Assembly: GCA_002269645.1 (NCBI GenBank)
Contig: NIVC01002329.1
Span: 5,219-69,218 of the forward strand
Direction: 5' to 3'
Length of the DNA: 64,000 nucleotides
Origin: Macrostomum lignano
Taxonomy: Eukaryota
Shown: positions 12,852-25,838 of the stretch, one piece after another
Position numbering within the stretch: the stretch's first letter is position 1
Layout: each line of letters opens with the position of its first letter
Position numbers and translations under genes: made by a program
The notes under the pieces: generated by a model
The model's database searches: none
Seen by the model: the letters and a program-made list of their open reading frames with translations, nothing else
Told to the model about the DNA's origin: nothing

Positions 12852-15020
12852 TAGGGATTCTGTATAGGGATCATGTATAGGGCTTCTGTATAGAGATCAT
12901 GTATAGGGATTCTGTATAGAGATCATGTATAGGGATTCTGTATAGGGATCATGTATAGGGATTCTGTATAGAGATCATGTATAGGGATTCTGTATAGGGA
13001 TCATGTATAGGGATTCTGTATAGGGATCATGTATAGGGATTCTGTATAGGGATCATGTATAGGGATTCTGTATAGAGATCATGTATAGGGATTCTGTATA
13101 GGGATCATGTATAGGGATCATGTATAGGGATCATGTATAGGGATCATGTATAGGGCTTCTGTATAGAGATCATGTATAGGGATTCTGTATAGAGATCATG
13201 TATAGGGATTCTGTATAGGGATCATGTATAGGGATCATGTATAGGGATCATGTATAGGGATCATGTATAGGGCTTCTGTATAGAGATCATGTATAGGGAT
13301 TCTGTATAGAGATCATGTATAGGGATTCTGTATAGAGATCATGTATAGGGATTCTGTATAGGGATCATGTATAGGGATCATGTATAGGGATCATGTATAG
13401 GGCTTCTGTATAGAGATCATGTATAGGGATTCTGTATAGAGATCATGTATAGGGATTCTGTATAGGGATCATGTATAGGGATCATGTATAGGGATCATGT
13501 ATAGGGCTTCTGTATAGAGATCATGTATAGGGATTCTGTATAGAGATCATGTATAGGGATTCTGTATAGGGATCATGTATAGGGATCATGTATAGGGATC
13601 ATGTATAGGGCTTCTGTATAGAGATCATGTATAGGGATTCTGTATAGAGATCATGTATAGGGATTCTGTATAGAGATCATGTATAGGGATTCTGTATAGG
13701 GATCATGTATAGGGATCATGTATAGGGATCATGTATAGGGCTTCTGTATAGAGATCATGTATAGGGATTCTGTATAGAGATCATGTATAGGGATTCTGTA
13801 TAGGGATCATGTATAGGGATCATGTATAGGGATCATGTATATGGCTTCTGTATAGAGATCATGTATAGGGATTCTGAATAGAGATCATGTATAGGGATCA
13901 TGTATAGGGATTCTGTATAGGGATCATGTATAGGGATTCTGTATAGAGATCATGTATAGGGATTCTGTATAGGGATCATGTATAGGGATTCTGTATAGAG
14001 ATCATGTATAGGGATTCTGTATAGAGATCATGTATAGGGATTCTGTATAGGGATCATGTATAGGGCTTCTGTATAGAGATCATGTATAGGGATTCTGTAT
14101 AGAGATCATGTATAGGGATTCTGTATAGGGATCATGTATAGGGATTCTGTATAGGGATCATGTATAGGGATTCTGTATAGGGATCCTGCATATTGCTTCT
14201 GTATAGGGATCATGTATAGGGCTTCTGTATAGGGATCATGTATAGGGATTCTGTATAGAGATCATGTATAGAGATTCTGTATAGGGATCATGTATAGGGA
14301 TTCTGTATAGGGATCATGTATAGGGATTCTGTATAGGGATCATGTATAGGGATTCTGTATAGGGATTCTGTATAGGGATCCTGCATATTGCTTCTGTATA
14401 GGGATCATGTATAGGGCTTCTGTATAGGGATCATGTATAGGGCTTCTGTATAGAGATCATGTATAGGGATTCTGTATAGGGATCATGTATAGGGATTCTG
14501 TATAGGGATTCTGTATAGGGATCCTGCATATTGCTTCTGTATAGGGATCATGTATAGGGCTTCTGTATAGGGATCATGTATAGGGATTCTGTATAGGGAT
14601 CATGTATAGGGCTTCTGTATAGGGATCATGTATAGGGATTCTGTATAGGGATCATGTATAGGGCTTCTGTATAGGGATCATGTATAGGGATTCTGTATAG
14701 GGATCATGTATTGGGATTCTGTATAGGGATCATGTGTAGGGATTCTGTATAGGGATCATGTATAGGGATTCTGTATAGGGATCATGTGTAGGGATTCTGT
14801 ATAGGGATCATGTATAGGGATTCTGTATAGGGATCATGTGTAGGGATTCTGTATAGGGATCATGTATAGGGATTCTGTATAGGGATCATGTATTGGGATT
14901 CTGTATAGGGATCATGTGTAGGGATTCTGTATAGGGATCATGTATAGGGATTCTGTATAGGGATCATGTGTAGAGATTCTGTATAGGGATCATGTATAGG
15001 GCTTCTGTATAGGGATCCTG
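12852..15020. repeat. 13-bp-based minisatellite (TGTATAGGGATCA / TGTATAGGGATTC)n
   Basis: Direct reading; ends ~115 bp before the exon 3 acceptor. Confidence 0.95.
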
Positions 15021-15133
15021 TGAAAGAGAGGAATCTCTCCCTGGATTACTTTTTTGCGGGTGATGTTTGCAACTATTTGCAACTGTTGAAGCTCAGCATC
15101 AACTTCCTAGTCTTCTCATTCCCCCCCCGTCAG

Positions 15134-15886
15134 CTCGGAGGAGCCGCTGCTCAACGGGCACTCGGACGGACAGCAGCATCAACAGCAGAATCAGCAGTAC
15201 GGCCAGTCATCATCAAAGCGCAGCTGCTGGCGCCGCCTGTCCATGCAGTGCAGCTCCGGCCGTGGCCAGCACCAGCCGCAGCATCTGGCGCTGCAGACTC
15301 AGCAGCAACAGCAGCCAGACGAATCGCTGCTCAGCGATCTGCACAACGGCGTCAAATGCATGCGGGTGCTCTTCAACAATCAGCGGGCCTGCCAGCGGAC
15401 ATTCCAGGACAAGACGGCCGTCAGCATTATCGCTAGATGCGTGCTGCATCCTCGCTACGCCACCAAAACTCTGGTGCTGGAACTGCTGGCGGCGCTGTGC
15501 ATGCTAGACGGCATGCACGCTCAAGTTCTGGACGCATTCGACAGTCTGCGCGAGAGAGTTGGCGAACGACGCCGCTGGGAGACCCTGATGACCTGCTTCC
15601 GTCGGCACGAGGCGCTTCCGGCCGAACAGTACAGCTTGGAGTTCATGGTCAGCTGCGCCAGGTTCATCAATATTGTGCAGAATGTGAGCAACGATGAGCA
15701 GCTTGGTCAGCGGGTCTGCCTGCAGGCCGAGTTCGCTCAGCTAGGCTTGGAAGAATTCCTTCGCGGATTGCACGGCAAATATGGCGACGAGCGGCTGAAT
15801 AGCCAGATTGAGGCCATCTTTGACAACACTATCGATGTGGCCGGCCTGTTTATCGACTCTGTTGCTAAGCAGGCTGCTGTTGCTAG
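15134..15886 (+). CDS. FMNL: FMNL exon 3 (GBD/FH3)
   Basis: gtcag| acceptor in frame; TKTLVLELLAALC...LEFMVSCARFINIV...LQAEFAQLGL closely matches the FMNL FH3; donor GTGAGA at 15887. Confidence 0.92.
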
Positions 15887-16124
15887 GTGAGAACTTCTGG
15901 AATGTCTTCTGTGCGTCTATTAGCTTTGTTTGTTAATCTGTGAGTCTGTCTGTGAGCTTCTCAGTGCCTGTCTGTTGTCCCTATCTGTCTATAATTGAGC
16001 ATGTCTGTGTGTACTCTGAAAAGTCTGTCTGTCCGTATTTGTTGACAAGCTTATTTGGTTTGTCTGTTTGTCTTGTCTTGTCTAACTGTCTGCCTGTCTT
16101 AGTGTCTGCCTGTCCGTCCATCCG

Positions 16125-16142
16125 TCTGTCTGTCTGTCTAGC

Positions 16143-16196
<54 letters not shown>

Positions 16197-16198
16197 GC

Positions 16199-16236
<38 letters not shown>

Positions 16237-16238
16237 GC

Positions 16239-16311
<73 letters not shown>

Positions 16312-16314
16312 TTG

Positions 16315-16404
<90 letters not shown>

Positions 16405-16405
16405 G
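16125..16405. repeat. (CTGT)n microsatellite, formin intron 3
   Basis: Direct reading; degenerate copies extend back to ~15930. Confidence 0.95.
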
Positions 16406-16463
16406 CTGTAGCGGGCATTAAATATTTAGCATCTCAATCCACGCCCTCACGACTCGCATGCAG

Positions 16464-17637
16464 AGCGGCCGCTCTAGAGGAGGAGCTGTACCAGACCCAG
16501 GACAGGCAGCGCCGGGCCGAGGACGAGGCCGCTCAAATCATGGCGGAGCTGCGCGAGCGTCTCCAAAACCGGGAGGCCGACTGCGCCACCCTGCAGGCGG
16601 AAAAGGAGCGCGCCGTGCAACAGATGCAGCACAGCCTGCGGGCGGCCAGTCACAGCGCCGGCGAACGAGAGCGCCAGCTGGAGCAGACGGTGCGCGAGCT
16701 CGAAGCCCGACTGCGCGAATCCGAATCGGCGCTTAAAGCCGCTCAGCAGGCGGCCAAATCTTCCACTCCGCCTTCGGCACCGGCTGCGCCAGCTGCTGCC
16801 AATTCTTCTAGTAGCAGCAGCAGCAACGGCGCCGGCGGTGGAATCCCCGCTGCTAAGCTGCCCGGCGTCAACTGCCCCGCTGCGCCGCCACCCCCGCCAC
16901 CACCGCCACCGCCACCACCGCCGCCTGGTGGAGCGCCGCCTCCGCCACCCCCGCCGCCTCCGCCGTTCGGCGCTGCTCCGGCCGCCCCAGCCGGCATGCA
17001 GGTCCGCCAGCCGGTGATCCCGAAGCACCGCCTGCCGCTGCTGAACTGGACGGCCATACCGCCGTCTGGCTGCCGCGGCACCGTCTTCATGGACATGAAC
17101 GACGAGCGGGCCAGGCGACGCATCGATGTCGACGATTTCGAGGACAAATTTAAGCTGTCGGCCAACGGCGGGGCCAGCGACAAGGCCGCCGCAGCCGCCA
17201 CCGCAGCCGCCTTGAAGACCAAGAAGGAGCGGCCAACTCTGCTTGGTCACGACCGGTTCCGCAATTTGGCTGTGACTCGGCACAAAGTCGAGTCCATGCG
17301 GCTTAGCTTTGCCGACCTTGCCGCCGCTGTTGACAGTCTGGACGCTGACAAGGTGTCGGCTGACCTAGCTGAGATCCTTCTGCGCCAGGGCGTGCCCACC
17401 GAGGAAGAGGTTCGGTCATATCGTCGCTACGAATTCGCCGAGGGTCGTCGGGTTGACGCGCTGAGCGAGCAGGACCAACTGCTGGTGGCCCTGTGCCGCG
17501 TTCCCATGCTGGAGCGGAAGCTGCAGGCTCTGCGCTATGCCGGTCAATTCGAGGAGAACTTTTCCGGCGTCGAGCCGCCCCTTCGTGCTGTTGTTGCTGC
17601 TTCCATGACTCTGGAGAAGTCTGTCAAGTTCAAAAAG
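16464..17637 (+). CDS. FMNL: FMNL exon 4 (coiled coil, FH1 polyproline, FH2 N-half)
   Basis: gcag| acceptor, phase 2; PPPPPPPPPPPPPPPGGAPPPPPPPPPP tract; FH2 lasso LPLLNWTAI...GTVF; donor GTACAC at 17638. Confidence 0.92.
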
Positions 17638-17659
17638 GTACACCCTGATGTTCCCACAT

Positions 17660-18050
17660 TTCCGGTTGTCTGTACGAGTAGTTAGTGCTCCATACCATTT
17701 CCGGTTGTTTGTAGTTAGTGCTCCATGCCCATTTCTGGTTGTCTGTAGTTGGTGCTCCATACCCATTTCCGGTTGACTGTAGTTGGTGCTCCATGCCCAT
17801 TTCTGGTTGTCTGTAGTTGGTGCTCCATACCCATTTCCGGTTGACTGTAGTTGGTGCTCCATACCCATTTCCGGTTGACTGTAGTTGGTGCTCAATGCCC
17901 ATTTCCGGTTGGCTGTAGTTGGTGCTCATATCCATTTCCGGTTGGCTGTAGTTGGTGCTCATATCCATTTCCGGTTGTCTGTAGTTGGTGCTCGATACCC
18001 ATTTCCGGTTGTCTGTAGTTGGTGCTCCATACCCATTTCCGGTTGTCTGA
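17660..18050. repeat. 35-bp minisatellite (TTTCCGGTTGTCTGTAGTTGGTGCTCCATACCCA)-type, filling most of formin intron 4
   Basis: Period of 35 (17761 to 17796); begins ~20 bp after the donor. Confidence 0.9.
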
Positions 18051-18117
18051 AGATGGTTTCTATACTAATTTCTGGTCTCTACAATTCAAATTTCTGTTTT
18101 CATTTCCTACCCCGCAG

Positions 18118-18666
18118 GTCCTTGAGCTAATCCTAGGCCTTGGCAACTACCTGAACAGCCATAAACGCGGCCTCACCTACGGCTTCCGTCTGTGCAGCCT
18201 GGCCACTCTGCAGGATACCAAATCCGGTGACCGGAAGTGGACTCTTCTACATTTCCTAGTCGAACTGATCGACCAGCATTTTCCCGATCTCGCGAATTTT
18301 GAGTCCGACCTTCGTCACTGCGAGAAAGCCGCCTCGATTAATCTGGACAATGTCCGGGCCGACGCCTCCCAGCTGATCTCCGGCCTTGAGCAGCTTCGCA
18401 GCTTAGCCAAGGAGACCAACTCGAACCGGCTGCGCGATTTCCTGCAGGCCAATTCCGATCGGGTTGAACGGCTGAAAACTGATTTGAAAACTGCTGAAGA
18501 GTGTTACAGCCTGGTTAAAACTCGATTCGGCGAGGGCATGCAACAGGTGGCCAGCGATGCGTTCTTCAGCATCCTGCACCGCTTCCACTGCGATGTGACC
18601 AAGGCTCGGTCTGAGAATGAGCAGAGGCGGGCCGCCGCTGCCGAACTGGAACGAGCTTCTGGCAAG
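18118..18666 (+). CDS. FMNL: FMNL exon 5 (FH2 C-half)
   Basis: ccgcag|; VLELILGLGNYLN...GFRLCSL..L.DTKS.DRKWTLLHFL is the FH2 signature; donor GTGAGC at 18667. Confidence 0.93.
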
Positions 18667-19779
18667 GTGAGCTGGAGTAATGTACTTTTATAAACAACTA
18701 GGGCAGGGGGGCTTAAGGATTATTATTATATTTCCTTTCAATTTTAATTGGCAAATCCGGCTTCTGTGGTTTTGAGTTGGAATATTTGGGTTATGGAATT
18801 CTAATATTAGGAATTTGGGATTCGAATATTAGGATTTAAGATTCGAATAATTGAGATTTGGGATTCGAATTTTTGGGCTTTTGAATTCGGATATTAGGGA
18901 TTCGCGATTCGAATATTGGGCATTTGGTATTCAAATATCCCAAATTACCAGTTTGGTATTTAGGATTAGATTTAGATTTAGGAGTTGAATATTGTGATTT
19001 AGGATTATTCAAAGTTCGAATATTGTCGATTTGGAATTCAAATATATTGAATGTGGTGTGGAATTCGGATTCGAGTATTAAGGTTTTGGAAATAAAAATA
19101 TTGGGAATTTGGGAATTTCAATGCTTGAGGATTTGCATTTAATTGCTTAGGGATTCGGAATTGGCAGTAAATGTATCAAGGATTTTTATTTCGAATATAT
19201 AGGGATTTTGTAGTCGAAAATTTGAAATTTAGAATTGAGGCTTAGGAACATTTCTTGGTTGGTATTTTGGATTGCGACTGCGGCGACCGCTTTTTAGTAG
19301 GCAAAAGTGTATCTGAGATGGCTTATTTTTATAAGATTTAAAGATTGAATTCACGCGTTTTAGTGTGCTACAGTAGACTAGACGGAGACAAGAGGAGCCG
19401 TGACTCCATTTGGTGGTGATCGTAAATTGAATTTTATATTGGTGCGAAATTGGCTTAACAACTAGCGGGTCCCTCTCCTGCCGGCTTGATTGGCAATTTC
19501 CTTATACTGTGCTAAAGCTGAGTGAGTTATGGTGTTTATGCGTGCACAAACCCAAGTTTCATCGCATATATTCACGCAATCTATTGCGTAACCTATACTG
19601 TGCCAGCAACAGCCGCGGATAATCGATAGGCTGTGTTTTTCAAAGCTACCATTACCCTTGAAGCGTCAGAGTGCCCCTCTGATTCGATTCAGCAGCTCAC
19701 GAAGGTCGCATATGCACTCAGAAGGGCGCATGAGGATGGGAAATGACAGACCCATAAATGCGTACTCTGTAGCCTCGTC

Positions 19780-19990
19780 TCTCCTCTCATCTCGTCTCGG
19801 CTACTCTCATTTAATCTCATCTTGTCTCATCTCATCTCGTCTCGACTAGTCTCATTTCATCTCATCTCATCTCGTCTCGTCTCATTTCATATCATCTCAT
19901 CTCGTCTCATCTCGTCTCATATTGTCTCGTCTTGTCTTAACGTCTCTCGTCTCATTTAATCTCGTCTCATCTCAAATTTGTCTCAAAGTC
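19780..19990. repeat. (TCTCA/TCTCG)n degenerate pentanucleotide repeat
   Basis: Direct reading. Confidence 0.8.
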
Positions 19991-20776
19991 TCCGTCTCAA
20001 CCAACGCCGAGACGTGGACACCGACAAGACAGCAGACGAACGAGAGCGTCGGGACCGAGGCCCCCTGTCCCACACTGCGCCAGAGGCAGCTTCAACTAGA
20101 GGAAGGTGGCGACGTTTCTCACTTTGCAGGGTCTGCTGAGGTCAGCGGGGTTGGAATCATGCAGGATAGTTGTGGATGGACTGTGGCCAGGAAGTTCCAT
20201 AGGCGTCCAACCGCTGCTTTGCCTGTAAACCCCAATATATAACTAACACAGCCGTCTGTGTATTTGCTTCACAACAGTGCTTGCACCGCTGTCTGTCTTT
20301 ATAATTGGTCGGGCGGAAAACAGCTTTAAAAAGGAATCTGAAGGCGGGGGGTTTCCGAGAGATGCCTTTTTTTCACGCCGATGACTCATCAATTCGGAAT
20401 TAAACAGAGAAACTTTCTCTCGGTCGCGTAGTATAGTAGTATATCGTCAATCTTTGCAACGGTGTGTGTGCGTTTGGCGATAAGTCCTGGCTTTTGACTG
20501 ATGGAGCCACAGTTCACTTCGGGGCTATTCTTAACTAACTGCGCATTTCAACTACCCCCCTTGCCACTTTCATTTGGCTGGCTCAGGTTTTGCTAATGGC
20601 CTTAGCAAATCATGGTTGGGACTTTTTCTATCATCTTGTTGTCTCCTAGCGTGGGAACCGAGACTGGGAGTGGGATGGGTGCGAAATTAAAGTTCTTTTT
20701 TATTTTTTAAACGACTTTTTTAGAATTAGGAAGAATCCAAGATTGCAAACAAATCATTTAAAATCCCATTGAATTA

Positions 20777-21460
20777 GAATCCTGTACATGTACATGGGAT
20801 CAAAATCCTGTAGGTGTGTATGGGATCAGAATCCTGTAGATGTGGATGGGATCAGAATCATGTACATGTACATGGGATCAGAATCCCGTATATGACATGG
20901 GATCATAATCCTGTACATGTACATGGGATCAAAATCCTGTAGGTGTGTATGGGATCAGAATCCTGTAGATGTGGATGGGATCAGAATCATGTACATGTAC
21001 ATGGGATCAGAATCCCGTATATGACATGGGATCATAATCCTGTACATGTACATGGGATCAAAATCCTGTAGGTGTGTATGGGATCAGAATCCTGTAGATG
21101 TGGATGGGATCAGAATCATGTACATGTACATGGGATCAGAATCCCGTATATGACATGGGATCATAATCCTGTACATGTACATGGGATCAAATCCTGTAGG
21201 TGTGTATGGGATCAGAATCCTGTAGATGTGGATTGGATCAGAATCATGTACATGTACATGGGATCAGAATCCCGTATATGACATGGGATCAGAATCCTGT
21301 ACATGTACATGCGATCAGAATCCTGTACATGTACATGCGATCAGAATCCTGTACATGAACAAGGGATCAGAATCCTGTACATATACATGGGATCAGAATC
21401 CTGTACATGTACATGGGATCAGAATCCTGTAGATTTGTAATGGGATCAGACTCCTATATA
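20777..21460. repeat. 26-bp minisatellite (TGGGATCAGAATCCTGTACATGTACA) with 129-bp five-monomer higher-order repeat
   Basis: The monomer TGGGATCAAAATCCTGTAGGTGTGTA recurs at 20795, 20924, 21053 and 21182 (period 129). Confidence 0.9.
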
Positions 21461-22080
21461 TATGAATAGGGCCATGTATTACGAGCGTATATTCATGGAT
21501 GGTTTCAATGCATATAAGCCTGGTGTTCTATACTGTTAAATATGCTATGCAGCACTGCACTGGCAATGGACTTTGAGTAGCGCATGGTAAATCCCATGGT
21601 ATCCAGGCGGCACTTTATGACCCGCTTTAATAAGGTCCGGCTGAGGTCAGGTTGAGGTCGTTTCTATCCACTGGTGCAGTAGTCTCCTCCCCCCCCCTGC
21701 TGGGGCTGCTTGGGAGTCTGCCCCGCTTCTGCTGCTCGATTTTTGATCCTATTTCTCAGTATGTGAAGCTGTAGTCTAACATGCCGCCTTTCCTACTTTG
21801 TTCACAAATACGAACAAGTTCGTTTTTCTTTTGAGTTTGCTATAAAGGATGTGAGAAGTCGGATTAACAAGCTAGTTTAATGCCTAGTTTATACTCGTAC
21901 GAGCGTAGAGAGGTACGAACGTGTTGTGGAGGGAACTTCATTAAGAGGAAGATTTCTAGTTAATTAGTGTACGCTCTCCTCTCAAGATTAGAAATATACA
22001 AGCTGATTTTGCTACTTATGTACCATTGTAATCAGTAGTGCGCGCAGTTTGTAGACACACTTTTACTCTATTTCATACAG

Positions 22081-22332
22081 CGCAAAGACTCTGAAGATCT
22101 GGGCCAGCAGCGCCGCACCCCGCGCAAGCACACCCGGACAATTGAGGACGGTGCGCTGGACGATATAATGTCTGATTTTAGCCGCGGCGCCCTACTTGTG
22201 GACGACGGTCTTCGACGGAAGCGCAAGACTGCGCGCGATCGACTGCCGCAAATCAGGAGTAGCGCCGGTGCCGGCGCTGCCGCGGGAGCGGCCGCTATTG
22301 CTGCCATCACCGCTGGATCGACGGCTAGCTAA
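22081..22332 (+). CDS. FMNL: FMNL exon 6 (DAD-containing C-terminus, stop)
   Basis: tttcatacag| acceptor, phase 0; IEDGALDDIMSDF followed by basic RRKRK resembles the FMNL DAD (DGAIEDII..L); TAA at 22330-22332. Not in the ORF track because it has no ATG. Confidence 0.85.
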   Translation, partial: RKDSEDLGQQRRTPRKHTRTIEDGALDDIMSDFSRGALLVDDGLRRKRKTARDRLPQIRSSAGAGAAAGAAAIAAITAGSTAS

Positions 22333-22391
22333 GGAACAGCGCTTGTAAGAATTCGGCGCTTTCTGGATTGGGCTTTGCATAGTTGGTTTTG

Positions 22392-22666
22392 CCTCCGCCA
22401 AGCCCCTCTCACTCCCATAATAGCCGTCTGTGTGCGTACATTTGCCTCCGCTAGCCCCCTCTCACTCCCATAATAGCCGTCTGTGTACATTCGCCTCCGC
22501 CAGCCCCTCTCACTCCCATAATAGCCGGCTGTGTACGTTCGCCTCCGCCAGCCCCTCCCCACTCACTCAAATAATAGCTGGGTGTGTATATTCGCCTCCG
22601 CCAGCCCCTCCCCACTCACTCCAATAATAGCTGGGTGCGTTCATTCGCCTCCGCCAGCCCCTCCTC
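22392..22666. repeat. ~47-bp tandem repeat in formin 3' UTR
   Basis: CGCCTCCGCCAGCCCCTCTCACTCCCATAATAGC core, about 6 copies. Confidence 0.85.
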
Positions 22667-24875
22667 ACTATTTGTTTTCAACACATCACTTTTTAGAGGC
22701 GGCACTGTTAAAACTATTAAACAAATTACAGATCTCGGTGTCTCGTGCTGTTTAAACACAACTTAGGACGAATTTTGTGATTCCATCAAACATTTTATCA
22801 GAATTAACAAAAACAAATTTTTGCATTGTATTCTTTGCTGCTCTATCTATTTATTCTGAAATAGTGCGTAGATATGTCTAGTTTTGTGATGCAAAAGTCT
22901 AATATTCCCCTAGTAGCAGGTGTTCCCCTTTTTGGTATCGTTTCTACTGCTGCAGCTGAGCTTTTTTCGTTTATTTTTTAATTTAATCGTCCGTATTTTG
23001 TTTTTGGAAGTTTTCATTGTGCTTAATTATACATTGTGTTCATTTTTTATACTTGTGTAAGTAGTAAATATTGCTTTTATGCCGAATTTATTACATAGTT
23101 AGCAACTTTTTTTCAATTTTTACGTTACATTAGTAGGTCTACATGCCCGCTCCCGATGCCGAGTCAAGGCTAAGCAATCAATGCTTACATGATTTTTTCT
23201 CTTACTATTGCTGCTAATAATAATATATTAAATATCTAGTCTGTGCTTTTCGCTTTTGGGGCAATGCTTACTCTGTGTATAGCGCATTTTCTTAATGAAT
23301 TTCTTGAACTTTGCAAGTATCTCAATAAGCCGTCTGGTCTGGAATGCACGTTTATTGCTTCCGTAATTAGTCCTAATATGCTATAATTCATTTGTTATTT
23401 TATTTACTGACATTTTTACAATGCATGGCAATCGATCTTTGTAAGAAGTCGATCGCTGATTGGCTGGCTGTCCTTCCAGGCACCCACCTCACTCCTCCGC
23501 CCTTCGCGCCTTCGCTTGGCTCTGATTGGCTCGAATTTAAACATATTTTTTTGGTCCAAACTTAGCCCTTTGAAAACGTTACTGAAACAAAAATCGCTAC
23601 TAAAGAGTCATTGCGACTCATTGCGCCTCTGGGGCGACTCTTGTGACTTTTTAACGACTCACACGACCGCAATGCGACTGAAAGACGACTGTTGAGTCAC
23701 GAGCGCATCGCGGGAGTTATTGCAGAATCGTAACAGTCGCAAAAAATCTTCCAAGAGTCAATGTACGCTCGTATTAGCGCTGAACTTTCTACTAACTCAG
23801 TAGACTGAATGGAGTTTTTGTAAATGCAAAATGCGATTCTAATTTCATAAAGTGACGCAGATGCGCTTCAGACATAACTCAGTGACTCTGCAGCGGCTCT
23901 GGCACACCTCAGATACGCCTCTACGGCCCCAGAGTTGATTCAGAGCCGCAGACAATAAAACGCCTCAAATTGGCTCTTAGGCGACTTGTACCGACCGTGA
24001 CATCTCGTCGTTTTAGAGTCGTCTAGAGCCACTTTTTTCCTATTATACTTATCACAGTATAGGAAAATAAAAATTGCGCTGTATAAATTTTGTCTTTTTG
24101 TCTTCTAAAAACTCGAAAATACAACTGCTTGCCTGTTATTTGTTGTTAGTAATAAGGTTTACTATAAATAGGATATTCTATGTTGTGTTTTCATATCTGT
24201 ATCGATATGTTTTGCAGTCAAAAAATAGTTTTTGTGTCGTATTAAAAGCGTTTTGGTTTTTTAATCTAATTTCAGAATCTGTTTTTATTACTGAACTATA
24301 CATAACATGCATGTATATGCTGCTTGATAGTTTCCTTGTTAGCTGTTCTGTCTGCCTATTGGTTCGTTAACAATACACCCTTAGCACTGGCTTTTACGTC
24401 GTTTTGATTATCGCGTTGCCATCAAAATTGAATTGTTCAATTGTGTGCAACCTGAAAATCGCGTATGTACATCGCTTTTGTGTACATTCTACGAGCGTAT
24501 TTGTTTCTACTATCTTTTACAATATTTGAAATGAAGAGTTTTTTAGGCTAGCCCGCGGCTTTGCCGCCGAGTAGAAATGGAAATCCTGCGGAATTTCCGT
24601 GGATTTCCCTCTATTATTGGAACATGGATCTTAACATGGAACCGAATTTTTTTGTGCTAGTGAGGCATTACAAATAGCTAGAATACTAAGAAATTGAAAG
24701 CCAAAGACGAGTATTGGACTTTGAGTTATGTTTGATACGCCACCCAATGGTATATTTACAATGTGGCAAATAATTTATGACTCGTAATTTCACAGAAAAT
24801 TGCAACGTATGATTTTTAGTCGCGGTATGGTATTTTTTGGGTTTTGAGCTACCAGTATACTCGTATAAGCCAGTC

Positions 24876-25570
24876 TCAGCCGAGTATGTCGGCTGCATTC
24901 TGTGCACTGTTGGTGACCCGCACCCCAACAGCTGAAGACTGCGCCTGCGGTTGCTCGTCTGACTCCTGCTCTACCGCCGTCCCCTGCTCGGCCGCGTTGT
25001 CCAGCATCTGCTTGCGCGGATCTTCATCTCCTCCAAACTTTGGCGTCGTTTTGTGCCTCTCAACGCAGAGCCACCAGATGGCCAGACAGGAGAATCCGAT
25101 GACCCCTACGCTCAGGCCGATGGCCAGGCCGATCCACTTTTCTGGTGATGACGATGCTTCAGCTTCGAACGTTTTAGTCGGCTTGACTGTTTTGCCAGCT
25201 GTCGAAGTTATTGGTATTTTTGTCGGCGTTGGTTTTGGTATCGGCGCTGGTGTTGACGCTGTTGAAGTTTTGGTTAATGATGATGGCTTGACATCGCCGG
25301 CGACAACGCGCGCCTTGATGGGCTCCGGGCAGTACTTCAGCTGCTTGAGGCAGTTGTACAGCTCAATATAGAATTTCTCGGTGTTGTTACGGCTCGTATT
25401 TGGGCAAAGCTTGCAGATGCAGAACGGCCCCGGGTACTGATGCGGCTGTCCCGGAGCGGCAGTGGGGCACGCGTTCGGGTCGCAGCTGGTCCCGATGTAG
25501 TCTGACAGGCCTGACAAGCCAGAGCAAGCAGGTGGTTTCGCAGTTGACAGGCGCAGAGGCACTGCGACAC
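24876..25570 (-). CDS. Orphan type-I membrane protein exon 2 (8-Cys ectodomain, Thr/Pro stalk, TM helix, acidic tail)
   Basis: gccag| acceptor in frame (GVAVPLRL...); a phase-compatible alternative TAG acceptor lies ~39 nt upstream; TM WIGLAIGLSVGVIGFSCLAIWWLC then ERHK. Confidence 0.8.
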
Positions 25571-25792
25571 CTGGCGATATCGTTGAAAAATCGTTGAGGT
25601 TTAGAAGCACTAAGTTTTGCAAAATTTTAATTTGAGCTTTAGTAGTTTAATAGACACTATTAGCACACAATACGAGTAAAACTGACTGAAAACTTGACAA
25701 GAACGCTTATCCCAAGGAATCTAGAATTTGTGAATATTGGTGTTCTATTCGAAGTTTCAATTAAGTATATAAATACGTACTTTAATACTCAC

Positions 25793-25838
25793 CAAATGAC
25801 AAGAGAACAGATAGTATAAAAATAATGTCTCTGGCCAT
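25793..25838 (-). CDS. Orphan type-I membrane protein exon 1 (signal peptide MARDIIFILSVLLSF)
   Basis: ATG at 25838, hydrophobic run, donor GTGAGT (plus 25787-25792), phase 1, matching exon 2. Confidence 0.7.

Noticed and set aside
19372-19806. MITE bounded by GAGAC-rich inverted repeats
   Set aside because: The match is low-complexity and imperfect, and no TSD was seen.
19922-20242. Possible extra formin exon
   Set aside because: Exon 5 joins exon 6 in phase without it; no FH2/DAD similarity and no convincing splice pair.
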